The notes below the pieces were generated by a model, which was not told the origin of the DNA, searched no databases, and saw nothing but the letters and a program-made list of their open reading frames with translations. Positions 24,494 through 37,510 of a stretch of 64,000 nt of DNA are shown piece by piece. Numbering within the stretch: the stretch's first letter is position 1; each line of letters opens with the position of its first letter. Source of the stretch: Octopus vulgaris (taxonomy: Eukaryota); contig OX597823.1 of assembly GCA_951406725.2 (NCBI GenBank), positions 8,060,001 through 8,124,000 on the forward strand, given 5' to 3'. The position numbers and the translations under genes are program-made.

Positions 24494-24902
24494 GGATCTT
24501 TTAGGTTTGAACGGCAGTTTTTTCTAGCGGTGTCATATGAAATTGTCACCCATTATTATGACCCTAGTATCGACCTATTGCATTTCAATCTGTTTTAGGG
24601 TTAGGGGTGAGGGGAAGGGTATCTTTTTTTCTTTAGAAATGTAAATAAACCCAATCTGTTTCTTAAACGAGGGACATATTCATACGGCACAGAATGTTGT
24701 TTACCTCAATGGACGTCATCGATTGGTTGAAATTGCAGAAATTGAGGAAAAAACAACAAATATCTTACAAACTATAGACTTTTCTCAATAAAGCCAAGAG
24801 AAAAAGATGTTTTATAAACACATTCTACCAGTATACGAAGTTTAAATTTTTTTAGTTACCTAGAAATTATGTTAAAAACTGCCGTTCAAACCGAAAAGAT
24901 CC
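24494..24902 (+). mobile_element. MITE with GGATC TIRs, 8-bp TSD and internal TTAGGG repeats (Merlin/MULE-like)
   Basis: TIR ggatcttttaggtttgaacggcagttttt / aaaaactgccgttcaaaccgaaaagatcc. TSD tcgcagtc. Confidence 0.9.
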
Positions 24903-25292
24903 TCGCAGTCTATTTGTGGTTCTCCGTGCAATAATCTCTTGGTTAGCAGAAAATCTAATTGTCCGATCACACACAATGACGACACAAGCAGATATTTAAA
25001 GCTGTACTCACCAACAAGCTACAATTAATAAGTTTCAGAGGCGTTGTTTCTACTTCCTGTTTCTCTAATTTATACTATATTGACGTCAGCACTTCTGAAG
25101 TAACAAAATATATACCTCATTGCCAATCAGGTCGATCGATCTCATCAATCTCTCATTCTTTCGGCACCTCTACTATGTTGCACCTTCCTCATACCGTACT
25201 AAACAATTTATTTCCACTCCTTCTCCACAACTGCAATTCTCTGACAGTCTCTCTTCGCCCACTTTTTTCATACTAGCAGGCACCAACATACA

Positions 25293-25533
25293 TATTTCTT
25301 TACTACCCACAAGGGGCTAAACACAGAGAGGACAAACAAGGACAGACAAACGGATTAAGTCGATTATATCGACCCCAGTGCGTCACTGGTACTTATTTAA
25401 TCGACCCCGAAAGGATGAAAGGCAAAGTCGACCTTGGCGGAATTTGAACTCAGAACGTAGCGGGAGACGAAATACGGCTACGCATTTCGCCCGGCTGCTA
25501 ACGTTTCTGCCACCTCGCCGCCTTGTGCCTTGT
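25293..25533 (-). mobile_element. Family D SINE, full length
   Basis: 17-bp TSD gcaggcaccaacRtaca at 25276-25292 and 25534-25550. Confidence 0.9.
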
Positions 25534-25896
25534 GCAGGCACCAACGTACAGGCGTTCAAATTGAACGTTGAATGCATGAATTTCTTTAGTTTTGGAAGAC
25601 CTGCGGAGATCAGGGCCACAGTTTCTTTTTGATATCTTAAAAAAAATTCTCACTTTAAAATAAAAATTAATAACATCATTATTATATCTATTATCTTTGT
25701 TGTTTACTCTTCTTCTAATAGACAACAGAAGGGCAGTTTCTAGTTATTGGCTATTTACATTCTGAGTTCATATTCTGCCGCATATTGTGTCCCTCTGTGG
25801 TTGATAATACAATTCAGTCATGTACCGTTTGGGATTGAAATAATCAACTGTTTCCATTTCATCAAACTTCTGGCTTTGTATCTCTTTTAGAAACAA

Positions 25897-26279
25897 CTAG
25901 CAGTATCGCCCGGCGTTGCTCGGATTTGTAAGGGAAATAACTATAAAGCATTTTTAGAGAGTTATAGTCAAAAAATAGAAAAAAATGGAAAAAAAATTAT
26001 GGTAAATTTTTTTTGAGAGTTAAAAAGGTCGAGTTGCGTCCCCTAGACAGTCTGTGGTTTGTGTTTCTGATTCTCGACCCCATGTCGAATTTATCAATTT
26101 TTTTCAGAACTGGGGGAACTTTTCAAAATTTTCGCTGCGTTAGTTTTGAATTATGACATTGGGCTATGTGTGTGTCAAGTTTCATCAGAATCGGTTGAAA
26201 GCCGTGGTCAGGTTGAGGGTACAACCAAACAGACACACAGAAACACACACAGACAAACTGCCGTTTATATATAGAGAGA
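25897..26279 (-). mobile_element. Non-autonomous Helitron, variant 2
   Basis: Element strand begins TC, ends with hairpin ccgagcaacgccggg + CTAG, sits between A and T, no TSD. Confidence 0.85.
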
Positions 26280-26517
26280 TTTTAATTGACAACAGAAAGT
26301 CGTTGGATCGGTAGAAGTGTTAGAGAGTCGAACAAAATTCCTTGCAGTTTTCATTTATGTTTTTTTTTAATGCTCTCAGTTCAAATCATGCCGAGGTCAC
26401 CTTCACATTTCACCTCTCCACAGTCGATAAAATTAAGCACTAGCAAAGTATTGGGATCGATGTTATGTAATCAACTAACTACTTCAAAATTTGTGATCTT
26501 GTGTCTAAATTAGTAAC

Positions 26518-26910
26518 GTGGAGGCGCAATGGCCCAGTGGTTAGGGCAGCGGACTCGCGGTCATAGGATCGCGGTTTCGATTCTCAGATCGGGAGTTGTG
26601 AGTGTTTATTGAGCGAAAACACCTAAAAAAGCTCCACGACGCTCCGGCAGGGGATGGTGGTGATCCCTGCTGTACTCTTTCACCACAACTTTCTTTCACT
26701 CTTACTTCCTGTTTCTGTTGTACCTGTATTTCAAGGGACCGGCCTTGTCAATCTCTGTGTCACGCTGAATATCCCCGAGAACTACGTTAAGGGTGCACGT
26801 GTCTGTGGAGTGCTCAGCCACTTACACGTTAATTTCACGAGCAGGCTGTTCCGTTGATTCGGATCAACCGGAACCCTCATCGTCGTAACCGACGGAGTGC
26901 TTCCATCCAT
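26518..26910 (+). mobile_element. SINE head/body A + tail 1, inserted at the end of an old family D copy (about 26295-26510)
   Basis: 12-bp TSD taaattagtaac at 26506-26517 and 26911-26922. Confidence 0.92.
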
Positions 26911-27186
26911 TAAATTAGTAACAATTATTAACAATTATTATAGAGAGAATTGGGCAGTGGATGATAGAGTAAGCAAAAATGTCTTACAGTATTTAATTAA
27001 TTACATGTCGTTATAAATTCAGATCCGCAGGGCCAACACTGTCACCATTCCGTAGTCGATAAAATATCAGTCAGGTATTGGAGTTGATTAAGAAGACTAT
27101 ATCCTTCTCCAAAATTTATTGCTGTGTGCCTCTGTTAGTGTGTAAGAGTGATTATGTGGCAGAAAAGACGAGTTTCATATTCTTGT

Positions 27187-27607
27187 CTTTTTTTTTTCTT
27201 TTACTTGTTTCAGTCATTTGACTGCGGCCATGCTGGAGCACCGCCTTTAGTCGAGCAAATCGACCCCGGGACTTATTCTTTGTAAGCCCAGTACTTATTC
27301 TATCGGTCTCTTTTTGTCGAACCGCTAAGTGACGGGGACGTAAACACACCAGCATCGGTTGTCAAGCAATGCTAGGGAGACAAACACAGACACACAAACA
27401 TACACACATACATATATATATATATATATACATACATATATATGACAGGCTTCTTTCAGTTTCCGTCTACCAAATCCACTCACAAGGCATTGGTCGACCT
27501 GGGGCTATAGCAGAAGACACTTGCCCAAGATGCCACGCAGTGGGACTGAACTCGGAACCATGTGGTTGGTTAGCAAGCTACTTACCACACAGCCACTCCT
27601 GCGCCTA
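27187..27607 (-). mobile_element. SINE family E, full length
   Basis: Near-identical to 23432-23838. Confidence 0.88.
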
Positions 27608-27753
27608 TATACTGTAATTCCAAGTCATATTCGACCTACATTTCTAGCTGGTGGAGAGACTTTTGAAATTCAAATTGAGAAAGTAAATAGAGATATTACT
27701 TGGGGTGTGAATTTGATCTTTGATAGGAAATCAGACAACTTGGGTATATGTTT

Positions 27754-28148
27754 CGAGCTGGCAGAAACGTTAGCACGCCGGGCGAAATGCTTAACGGTAT
27801 TTCGTCTGCCGTTACGTTCTGAGTTCAAATCCGCCAAGGTCGACTTTGCCTTTCATCCTTTCGGGGTCGATAAATTAAGTACCAGTTACGCACTGGGGTC
27901 GATGTAATCGACTTAATCCGTTTGTCTGTCCTTGTTTGTCTCCTCTGTGTTTAGCCCCTTGTGGGTAGTAAAGAAATAGGTATTTCGTCTGCCGTTACGT
28001 TCTGAGTTCGACTTTGCCTTTCATCCTTTCGGGGTCGATTAAATATGTACCAGTTACGCACTGGGGTCGATGTAATCGACTTAATCCGTTTGTCTGTCCT
28101 TGTTTGTACTCTCTGTGTTTATCCCCTTGTGGGCAGTAAAGAAATAGG
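27754..28148 (+). mobile_element. Family D SINE dimer (full copy + head-less copy)
   Basis: The second unit restarts at ggtatttcgtctgccg (27979) directly after gaaata. Confidence 0.88.
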
Positions 28149-28273
28149 TCTTATTAGAAGTCACTAGCTAAGTATAGTCTTATACGTGACTAACAGATTT
28201 GAGGATGGTTTAGAGATGTAGTTTATGTGTGAGCATAACTATGATAGAATATTATATTACAAGTACTATAATG

Positions 28274-28711
28274 GGATCTTTTCGGCTTGAACGGCAGTTT
28301 TTTCTAGTGGTGTCATATGGAATTGTCACCCATAATTATGACCCTAGTATCGATCTATTGCGTTTCAATCGATTTTAGGGTTAGGGCTAGTTAGGGTTAG
28401 GGTTAGGGTTAAGGGTGGGGGGAAGGGTACCTTTTTTTCTTCACAAATGTAAATAAACCCAATCTATTTCTTAAACGGGCGACATATTCATACGGCACAG
28501 AATGTTGTTTACCTCAATAGACGTCAGTGATTGGTTGATATTGCAGAAATTGAAGAAAAAAACAACAAATATCTTACAAACTATAGTATTTTCTCAATAA
28601 AGCCAAGAGAAAAAGATGTTTTATAAACACATTCTACCAGTATACGAAGTTTATTTATTTTTAGTTACCTAGAAATTACGTTAAAACCTGCCGTTCAAAC
28701 CGAAAAGATCC
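28274..28711 (+). mobile_element. GGATC-TIR MITE with TTAGGG repeats, copy 2
   Basis: 8-bp TSD ctataatg at 28266-28273 and 28712-28719. (ttaggg)n at 28375-28415. Confidence 0.9.
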
Positions 28712-29751
28712 CTATAATGTAGTACTGAAGTATATAACTGACGTTTAGTGTAGTATCTTAACATATGCTATCAAAATTTTTTATACAACTGATAATTTGT
28801 AAATCCCACTCAGAACTGTTTGCAATGCACTGAAGAAGGCCATAAACATCACAACATCGAATTATCCATGTATTAAGACTTAAGATTTCATACCTATTAA
28901 AAAAATCCTTACATTTAAATATATATGAAGTCTTTAGATATAGTTTTATCAATTGTGCCAGCCACAGCTCTCGTTATTTAAAAAACAAAAAAAACTTTAT
29001 TTCATGTATGATAAAGTCATATTTCAAGAAAAAAAAAAACCCACAAAAAAAAATAACGTATACATGAAACAAAACAAAGTAAACGTGAAAATGTTAAAAA
29101 GAAAAATCAACATTCTAATATTCAATTTACTTTTTCTTTATTCGTTGATTTCGCTTTTCGTTTATCATTTGTTTTCCATTCATTTGATTTTGATATTTTA
29201 AAGAACATTTCAAATGTGATGGATTTAAAGAGCAAATAAAATCAAATGAAATTAAATAAAATAAACTCGAAAGAATGAATGTCAGTCACTCTGAGAGTAA
29301 AACTACAATAAAATCATTTCAATTTTGCTATAATTTTCTAGTAATTCGTTAAAAAAACTTTTCTTTCTTATTGAGTTAAACGCAGTCTTTTAGAAGTTAG
29401 ACACTTCAGTTAAAAATCGTTAACTTTTATTCATCTCAGGTAGGTATGACCAGATGGTTCAAAATTCACTACTAGACAACATGGTTCTGGGTTCAATCCC
29501 ACTGTGACATATTGGACTTGTATCTGTTATCATTATCTCGGAAGGCCAAATACATTGTAAGAATTTGGTAAATTTATTGTGTAAGTCTAGCATCGAGTTT
29601 TAAGACAAACTCAATTATTATATAAAAGAAATTAAAACAATGCATACACATGATTTTTCTACGCTGTACATGACTTTGGATTTAAACTGGTGGAATGTGG
29701 GATATGTACAATTGTGAATATAGACTTTTGTAAAATTTTATATTGATGTCA

Positions 29752-30081
29752 GTGAGGGCGCGTGGCTTAGTGGTTAGGGCATTCGGCTCATGATCGTAAG
29801 GTTGTGAGTTCGATTCCCGGCGACGCGTTGCGTCCTTGAGCAAGACACTTTATTTCACGTTGCTCCAGTCCGCTCAGCTGGCAAAAATGAGTTGTACTTG
29901 TATTTCAAAGGGTCAGCCTTGTCACTCTCTGTGTCACGCTGATTATCCCCGAGAACTACGTTAAGGGTACACGTGTCTGTGGAATGCTCAGCCATTTGCA
30001 CGTTAATTTCATGAGCAAGCTGTTCCGTTGATCGTATCAGCTGGGACCCTCGTCGTCGTAACCGGCGGAGTCTTTTTTTTA
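29752..30081 (+). mobile_element. SINE CORE-like head/body B + tail 1
   Basis: gtccttgagcaagacactttatttcac CORE-like segment. 3' half shared with family A. TSD atattgatgtca. Confidence 0.9.
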
Positions 30082-30334
30082 ATATTGATGTCAACAAAAT
30101 AGGTGAAGGATTTTGCAAATGAGGCATAAATTCCAGTCATATCCACAGGAGATGTGAGTTCGAGTCCCACGAGTGGCCTTCGACATTTCTTTCCGAAAAG
30201 AGTTTTTTAACCCAATATTTACATGCTTTTATTTATAGCTTTATATGTACTTCGAGTTCAAAACAAGAATTGTTCCACGCTGTCTCGAAAGTTTATAGAT
30301 TATTATGAGATCAACAAAATACACACACACACAC

Positions 30335-31050
30335 ATGGTCGTCCCATAAAGTATGCGTTTTTTTATATTTCTTTTATTTTTCAAAATTAAGATAAGTTAA
30401 TTTTTAATCTAAAATATACTCTCCTTCATTTTCTACAATGCTCTTCCATCTATCTGGTAGACTTGCAAGGCTCCTCTTCCAAAATTCACTTGTCCGTGAC
30501 GAAAAATACTCTTCTAGAACTGTTCTGACCTCGTCTTCAGAATTCATATTTTTTCCGTCCAAATCATTTTGAAGACAGAGGAATAAATAATAATAAGATG
30601 GGACAATGTCCGGCGAATGTCGAGGGTGGGGCATCATTTCTCATTCAAACTGCTCCAGCCTTTGGAATGTCATCTTCGCTGTATGTGAGCGAGCATTATC
30701 CTGATGGAAGAACACCTTTCGTCTTGAAACCAAAGATGGTCGTTTTTCTTCAAGCGTTTTCTTCAAGATGCTTGCAGTAGATCTCCTTTGTTTTGGCTTG
30801 GGTTTAAAAGTTCAAAGTGGACTAAATTTTTCATATCCCACCAAACAGATAACAACATCTTACATAGGTGAAGACCTTCTTTAGCCTGAGGTGTCGGTCT
30901 TTCTCCTTTTCCTATCCACTGTCTTCGGCGCTTCACATTTTTGTAGAGAACCAATTTCTCGTTATCAGGCACCATCCGGTCCCAAAAAGGTTCATTCGTG
31001 GGACATGACAGCAAAGAAGAGCACATATTCACTCTCTGTCTCTCTCGTTC
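30335..31050 (-). pseudogene. Mariner transposase remnant (DD34D catalytic region and 3' end)
   Basis: DRMVPDNEKLVLYKN..MLLSVWWD..HFELL and PHPRHSPDIVPSYYYLF..LPDRWKSIVENEGEYILD (YSPDLAPSD-like). Confidence 0.88.
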
Positions 31051-31496
31051 ACTCTTCTGGGTTCGAAGTCGTTGATATATATATATATATATATATATGC
31101 AGCTTATCTCTGGGTGGTGTCAGTAAATTGGCTTATGATTTCCATATTTGGTAATGCTGTTACTAAGGAATTCAGTTCTGAGAATTGTTTTTGATGTTAC
31201 TGGCTCTGTAGTTGAGTTTTCAAGGCTCATTTTGAATTGGTAATTATACCAACTTCTACAGCTCTTCAATAGTATAGTACTTATCTTGAAACTGTTTTAA
31301 CTCTTCTAAAACTTCTGCACTCATATTTTTCACTCACGTTTCACTGACCAGCTCCTCAATGTCCCTGACGACTGCTGGCACTATTTTTTCTTCAAATTTC
31401 TGTATGTCATTGCAAGCTTCTAGCCATAACCTCTCCTAGACACTATGCATGTAGTGTCAGATGCGTCGTCTCAAGTTGCATTGGTATTAACCACAT

Positions 31497-31725
31497 CGGC
31501 GAGCTGGCAGAATCGTTAGCGCGCCGGGCGAAATGCTTAGCAGTATTTCGTCTTTCGCTACGTTCTGAGTTCAAATTTCGCCGAGGTCGACTTTGCCTTT
31601 CATCATTTCGGGGTCGATTAAATAAGTACCAGTTACGCACTGGGGTCGATATAATCGAGTTAATCCGTTTGTCTGTCCTTGTTTGTCCCCTCTGTGTGTA
31701 GCCCCTTGTGGGTAGTAAAGAAATA
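31497..31725 (+). mobile_element. Family D SINE, full length
   Basis: TSD ggtattaacca at 31483-31493 and 31726-31736. Confidence 0.9.
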
Positions 31726-31879
31726 GGTATTAACCATATTTACTGACCTTTGACAAAAAAGATTCCAAAGCAATTTATTAAATCAGTTTGTTAAAACTAG
31801 CCAATCAAATATTGATATGTATTCTAAAAAATTGGATAGAGCATCTCACGGATATAGTGATTACTTTGTGATCACACTA

Positions 31880-33200
31880 ATTGTCAACATGTAGAATGGT
31901 TCACCGTCTTCACAAGATTGGAGAAGCAATACTGATTTCCCCGAACGAGGGAGAGATGCCAAGACAGGCCGTATTAGCTTTCCTTGTAACAGTTGATAAG
32001 GTTTTTATTGAATCGTATGCAGACACATATATGTCCAATCTTATCTCAGACTCTTAATGTAGATTCAAATCTGGCAGAGGCACTACAGATATGATCTATC
32101 GTGACAGACATTCGCAAAAGAAATGTATAGAGAAGAGATTTATCAAACGAAAGCTTTTGATATGATATGGTGAGTAGAAATGAGCTGTGGAGAATCATGT
32201 AAAATTTGGGATGTTCACTTATATTTGTTAATTCGTTTGTCCTACGACACACTGGCTTGAAGGGCTCTTCAAATCAAATAGTGCTCTGTAGGAATCACGT
32301 GGAAAATAGTGTCATCTTTATTTTTCACACACTTTGCAGTCGTGAATTTTCGGGCAGTTAAGGACTGTTATCTAAGCATTTTTGTCTGCTATCACACAAG
32401 GTAACTCTTTAATCTGAATCGTTTCAAAAAGCAAAATTGAAAAGTTTTATAACACTGGTTTGCTGATGATTATGACCTAGGGGCTCACTTAGAAAAAAAT
32501 ATTAAAAAGATAATGAATCTCTTCTCCAGAGACTTAAACAAGCTTCAAGAAAACTAAGGTGATGTTTGTACCAGTTCCAGGAGGACCGTATGTGGAACCA
32601 AATGTACTTGTGTAAGGGACTAGACTTGATGTAGAAGATTCTTTTGCGTACTCTTGCAGCTCTTTCTCCAGGAATGGCTGCTTAGATTATGAGATCAGTT
32701 TGAGGAGTGAGGAGGCCACAAGTGCGTTCGGTACAATATAGAATCGTGTCTTGTCGACAGGGAGTTGAAACGTTCTGCTAAACTTTACATCAATTGATGC
32801 TTGCACCATTACGTCCCTTTTCATGTATCGATGATACATGATAGATCAAAATACTTGATAGGTTTTACCAGAAGTCTCTAAAGCGTGTACTAAGCATCAC
32901 TGAAAGTCTTATACACCTGATACAGAACTTCCGGAAAAGTATGATGTCTTGATAGGGAAGCTTACCTCATCATGTGCCGTATGCGATGTTTGAACAGAAG
33001 CGAATAGCGGTCTATTAGTAGAAGCAGTAGTGAGACGTAACTCGAAAGCTGTAACAGATTGAGGCCATGTAGGGTAGGGGCCTGATAGATAATCTCTCTC
33101 CTGCACAGTTTGTTGTCGGATTATATTTCAAAAGATGGTTAGGAGAAATATCAAAAGATCGTACATCATGAAACAAATACGGGATACCCACAATCCGTTT
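31880..33200 (+). pseudogene. Decayed RTE LINE reverse transcriptase
   Basis: LFNLNRF, FADD.DLGAH, KKTKVMFVPVPGGPYVEPN, SRNGCLDYEISLR..SAFG..NRV motifs with stops. Confidence 0.78.
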
Positions 33201-33414
33201 ATATACGTACACCCCACCTGAGAAGTTGTTTATGCCCAGGTATGTTCTTATTTACCGAATGCACTATGAAAGAGCAGTTGATAAGATTTTTGTAAAAATA
33301 TTTGCTACATTTATCTCCCCATCTCTCCCGCACACACAGACGCACGCACGCACACATACACACACCCACGCGCGCGCGCACACACACACACACGTTCTTC
33401 TTAATTAGGCCGAC

Positions 33415-33770
33415 TGCCTTTCATCCTTTCGGGGTTGACAAAATAAGGACAAGCTGAGTACTGGAATCGGTGTAATCGACTAGCCTCCCCCCCATTCCAG
33501 GTCTTGTGCCTATTATAGAAAGGATTATTGTTAATGGGGCAACGAGCTGGCAGAACCACCATGTTGTTCGGCGAACACTAGTAATGCCGAACAACATGGT
33601 GAATAATATTTCATCTGTTTGTACGTTCTGAGTTCAAATTCCGTCGAGGTCGACTTTGATTTTCATCCTTTCGAGGTCGATAAAAAGGTACCAGTTGAAC
33701 ATGGAGTCAATGTAATTGACTCACCCTCCCCTAAAATTGCTGGCCTCGTGCCAAAGTTTGAAACCATTAT
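33415..33770 (+). mobile_element. Two decayed family D SINE pieces, the second with an internal 16-bp perfect hairpin
   Basis: Meta-like cores at 33417 and 33650. caccatgttgttcggc / gccgaacaacatggtg at 33557-33601. Confidence 0.7.
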
Positions 33771-33889
33771 TATATTTTACTTCTTAGAGCTCTCAGTCTT
33801 CACTTGCTCCGGTTAATTCTGTGAGAGCGGACAGCAACTTGTTACCAACGGTCTTACAGGGTCTCCCAGGGTTTCTTTCCACGGATTAT

Positions 33890-34140
33890 AAGACTTGGTT
33901 CCTAGGTGTTTAATATCATGGAAGATACCTAACACCAAAGTACCAATTTCAAAATCCTGGCTGTCCCTAATAGAAAAGTTTTTTTGAGCATGCTCTACCA
34001 TCATGTCGGTTCCAATTTTTCCGATATATTTCTCAAATTTGGTTGTTAGTGCTCCGAGTGTCCAATGATAGAATGTCACATAACATTATGGAATTTCGCC
34101 ATTTCCTGTCTCGTGTGATATTGAGAAAATTTGATGAGTA
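33890..34140 (-). pseudogene. R4/Dong-like RLE endonuclease C-terminal fragment
   Basis: LGALTTKFEKYIGKIG..EHAQK resembles the GALG..K..QK..L.GT terminus. Confidence 0.55.
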
Positions 34141-34307
34141 TTAGGTTCAATGGCAAATGGCCATAATTTATTCGAATTACCGCCAAAAATTATATTGTTA
34201 TATTTTAAACTTGTAAACATTGTTTGTTATTAGTTAATGAAGTTAGCTTGGTTATGAATTCTGTATTCGAAACTCATAAGCCACTGGGCTACTGTACGGT
34301 TAATGAA

Positions 34308-34612
34308 GTGGAGGCACATGGCCTAGTGGTTAGAGCAACGGACTCGCGATCGAGGGATCGCGGGTTCGAATCTCAGACCGGGCGATGTGTGTGTTTATGA
34401 GCGAAACACCTAAGTTCCACGCGGCTCCGGCAGAAGGTAATGGCGAAACTTCTGCTGACTCTTTTGCCACAACTTTCTCTCACTCTTTCCTCCTGCATCT
34501 TGCAGCTCACCTGCGACGGACCGGCGTCCCGTCCAGGTGGGGGAACCTATACGCCGAGGAAACCGTGAAACCGGCCCTTATGAGCCAGGCGTGGCTCGGG
34601 AAGGAACAAACA
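34308..34612 (+). mobile_element. SINE head/body A + tail 2
   Basis: The A head/body switches after actttctctcactctt to gcgacggaccggcgtcccgtccagg..gaaaccggcccttatgagccagg. TSD acggttaatgaa. Confidence 0.9.
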
Positions 34613-35367
34613 ACGGTTAATGAAGGACCTGCAATGAAATGGCTCTGCCGGAAATAGAACCTCAGACACACACTCGATGTGTCTGCAACACATCAACAAT
34701 GAGCAGCGCTTGTATACTCATATACACGTACGCGCACGCAAAAAGTCAGTCCCACATGAGCATATAAACAAAATATGCAGTAGAGAATCAAAGATACATA
34801 CTAGCATAGAGGTAAATTACATAGATTGATACATATTGCATGACGTTTGCTCAGATGTCGTTGTTTATTTTCATTAATTATCATATCTTGTCAGTTTTCA
34901 TGAATAAAATTTTAATTCCGACTGTTTAAAAAAAAATCTGAACAACAAAATATTAAAAGATTCTTACAAAATAATTTAGAAATGATATTGGAAATTAAAA
35001 TAATCTGAAATTAATAACAAATATACCATAAGTGGCTTTTCTTGTTGGCAGAAATCGGCAGACTTAACATTAAAACTATTTCTACTTTGGATATTATTTT
35101 GACGGTATTAAGTTGTTTATTGATAAAACACTTTAGTTGTTGCGGTTTCTGCCGCCGCCGCCGCCGCATTGTCGCCATCGTCATATCATTGTCATATTTA
35201 CGTTTTCTTTGGAATGAATTTCTTTCTTCAAAAATAGAGTAACCATGATGATGATGATGGTGATGATGACGATGACACATACATACATACATACATACAT
35301 ACATACATACATACATACATACATACATACATTCATGCATACATACATACATAATACATACATACAT

Positions 35368-35886
35368 CATGGCTGCCCCCTCGTTATCGAGTATGGCCAT
35401 TGCACGAAGCTTAACTGTTACTGGTGCTGTGATCGAATGTGACTTTTAAGCCCAGCTAAAGATCTACAATGTCTTGTAAAGAATTGGCAACTAAAACCTT
35501 TACCGGTAATAGCCGGCTGTAGTTGCAACTGGGCTTCATGTACCTTTGCATGTCGTTTAAGTCATCCTGCCGAATTACACTCTCTCTTCCACATGCCCGA
35601 CAGATATGATTAGTATGGTGTACTACACCACCACCAGTGGCCAGGTTGTCACGCATCTGTCTCGCTTTATGACTACGAAGATGACTCTTGAGTCCAGCTT
35701 TACTGAGGCAGGGTCTTGCACAGACAGACATTGCATGTCAGAATCAAAGGAAGACCCTTCCCTTCTGGAAGTGTAACAGCGATGCCCTTCCTCACATCTT
35801 TCCTTACTTTCTCATGTGCAACTCTAGATTTCTCAAAAGTGGCTGTTCCCTCTTGCACAATCCTTCTCCACCTGCTACGATCAATA
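35368..35886 (-). pseudogene. RTE LINE 3' end with C2H2 zinc fingers, inserted in a (TACA)n array
   Basis: DRSRWRRIVQEGTATFE, then C..C.RPCLSKAGLKSHLRSH and HICRACGR. (TACA)n on both sides. Confidence 0.8.
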
Positions 35887-35891
35887 ACTAC

Positions 35892-35922
<31 letters not shown>

Positions 35923-36203
35923 CATACATACATACATACATACATACATGCATACATTCATGCATAGATACATACATACATAAATACATACATGCATACG
36001 CATGTATAACTATGTATGTATCTGTGTGTGCGTGTGCATGTGTGTTAAATTGAAATTATTATTTTGAAGTTAATTTAAAAACAACTGAACATTTACTGAT
36101 TAGGAGGGCTGACTGACCCAATACCGTGGAAAGAGTCACATTTATTGTGAATTTCGTGTCAACATGAATTTTCACAACACCCATGCACACATATATTGCA
36201 CAT

Positions 36204-36236
<33 letters not shown>

Positions 36237-36586
36237 TTCGTTATTTGGTAACTCATTTACAGAGTTAATTTTATTTTCTGATCCAACTGAAACTTAGAAT
36301 TGTAGTAGACGGATGTACATCTACTGGTCTGTTTAACAGCCACCTTTCAGTCAGTTCGTTCAAGTGTTTAAGTACGCATGCGTGTGTGTAAGTGAGTATG
36401 CGTTCACGTGTGTGCGTTTGTGAATGTGTATGCCGGTGACTTTATCCCTATATATGTTCCAAAGTATGCATGTAAGCGTGTGGGCACTTGTATGTATGTA
36501 TGTATGTATGTATGTATGTATGTATGTATGTATGTATGTATGTATGCATGTACGTATGTATGTATGGATGGATGGATGCGTATATG

Positions 36587-36656
<70 letters not shown>

Positions 36657-36859
36657 CATAGATATACATATTGTATTTCGGGATATTTTTTGCCAAAAAA
36701 AAAAAAGCACACACACACAATATATTTGTTCTTAACTCGTTTATTACTGTTCTTATTCTAACCCATGTCCATTAACCTGAAATCTTTCGTCACACATCTG
36801 TGACCCCCTCAGTGAAACTTTTTGTCTTCGCGTGTGCTCCTGCTCCACCATTTCTGTTT

Positions 36860-37510
36860 ACAATAAAAAGAAATATTTTTTTTTTATTAAAAATCTCAAA
36901 TTCCAGTGTTCTTTTCTCAATCTCTCTTCTCTTTGAAAGCATCTCATACAATTACTCGTTTTAATGACGAAAACATTTTTCACAGGAAGCAAATTTGGCA
37001 GATATGGCCAGAATCGTGCGTAGTAATTATGTTACTTCCGCCAGAGCTTGGTTTAGTTTAATTTTCCGTTTTATTTCTGCGACATCTTGTATATTTGACG
37101 CTTGATTTGCAAAATCAGCAGTATAAACTGATTTCAGCTCGCATTTCAATCCATCTAAATCCAATGTTTTTATAGTCATCCAAAGATGGAAACACTACTA
37201 TCGAAAATTATTTTCGGAAGCGTAAAAAGGATTAGGATTCAAGAATTCAATAAATCTGAACTCACCGTTTGTTTAAAATCTTTGTTCAACGTAAACAATC
37301 ACTTCATGCCGAATGTTGTTAAATAAAGTTCTTAAAACAGCTTCTGCTTCCTGAAGTTGAACACGTTTCTCTGGTAGTTCAGCAACACAATCCAGAACCC
37401 TGCAGTAAAATTCCTTGGTCGCTGTCCAATGACTGATGCAAGTAAAACAAAAAGGTACATATACACGCATGTGCCTGCACAAGACAGCCATTATGCTCCC
37501 ACCCGACAAA
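36860..37510 (-). pseudogene. hAT transposase C-terminal (dimerisation domain) remnant
   Basis: LRTLFNNIRHEVIVYVEQRF..FIEFLNPNPF, LKCELKSVY, TILAISAKFASCEKCF/SSLKRV (ASxERxFSxLKR-like). Confidence 0.68.

Noticed and set aside
28375-28415. TTAGGG tract as a telomere-fusion scar
   Set aside because: It is internal to a MITE present three times in the window.
30140-30180. B-box-like gagttcgagtccc suggesting a tRNA gene
   Set aside because: No A-box or complete cloverleaf could be built.
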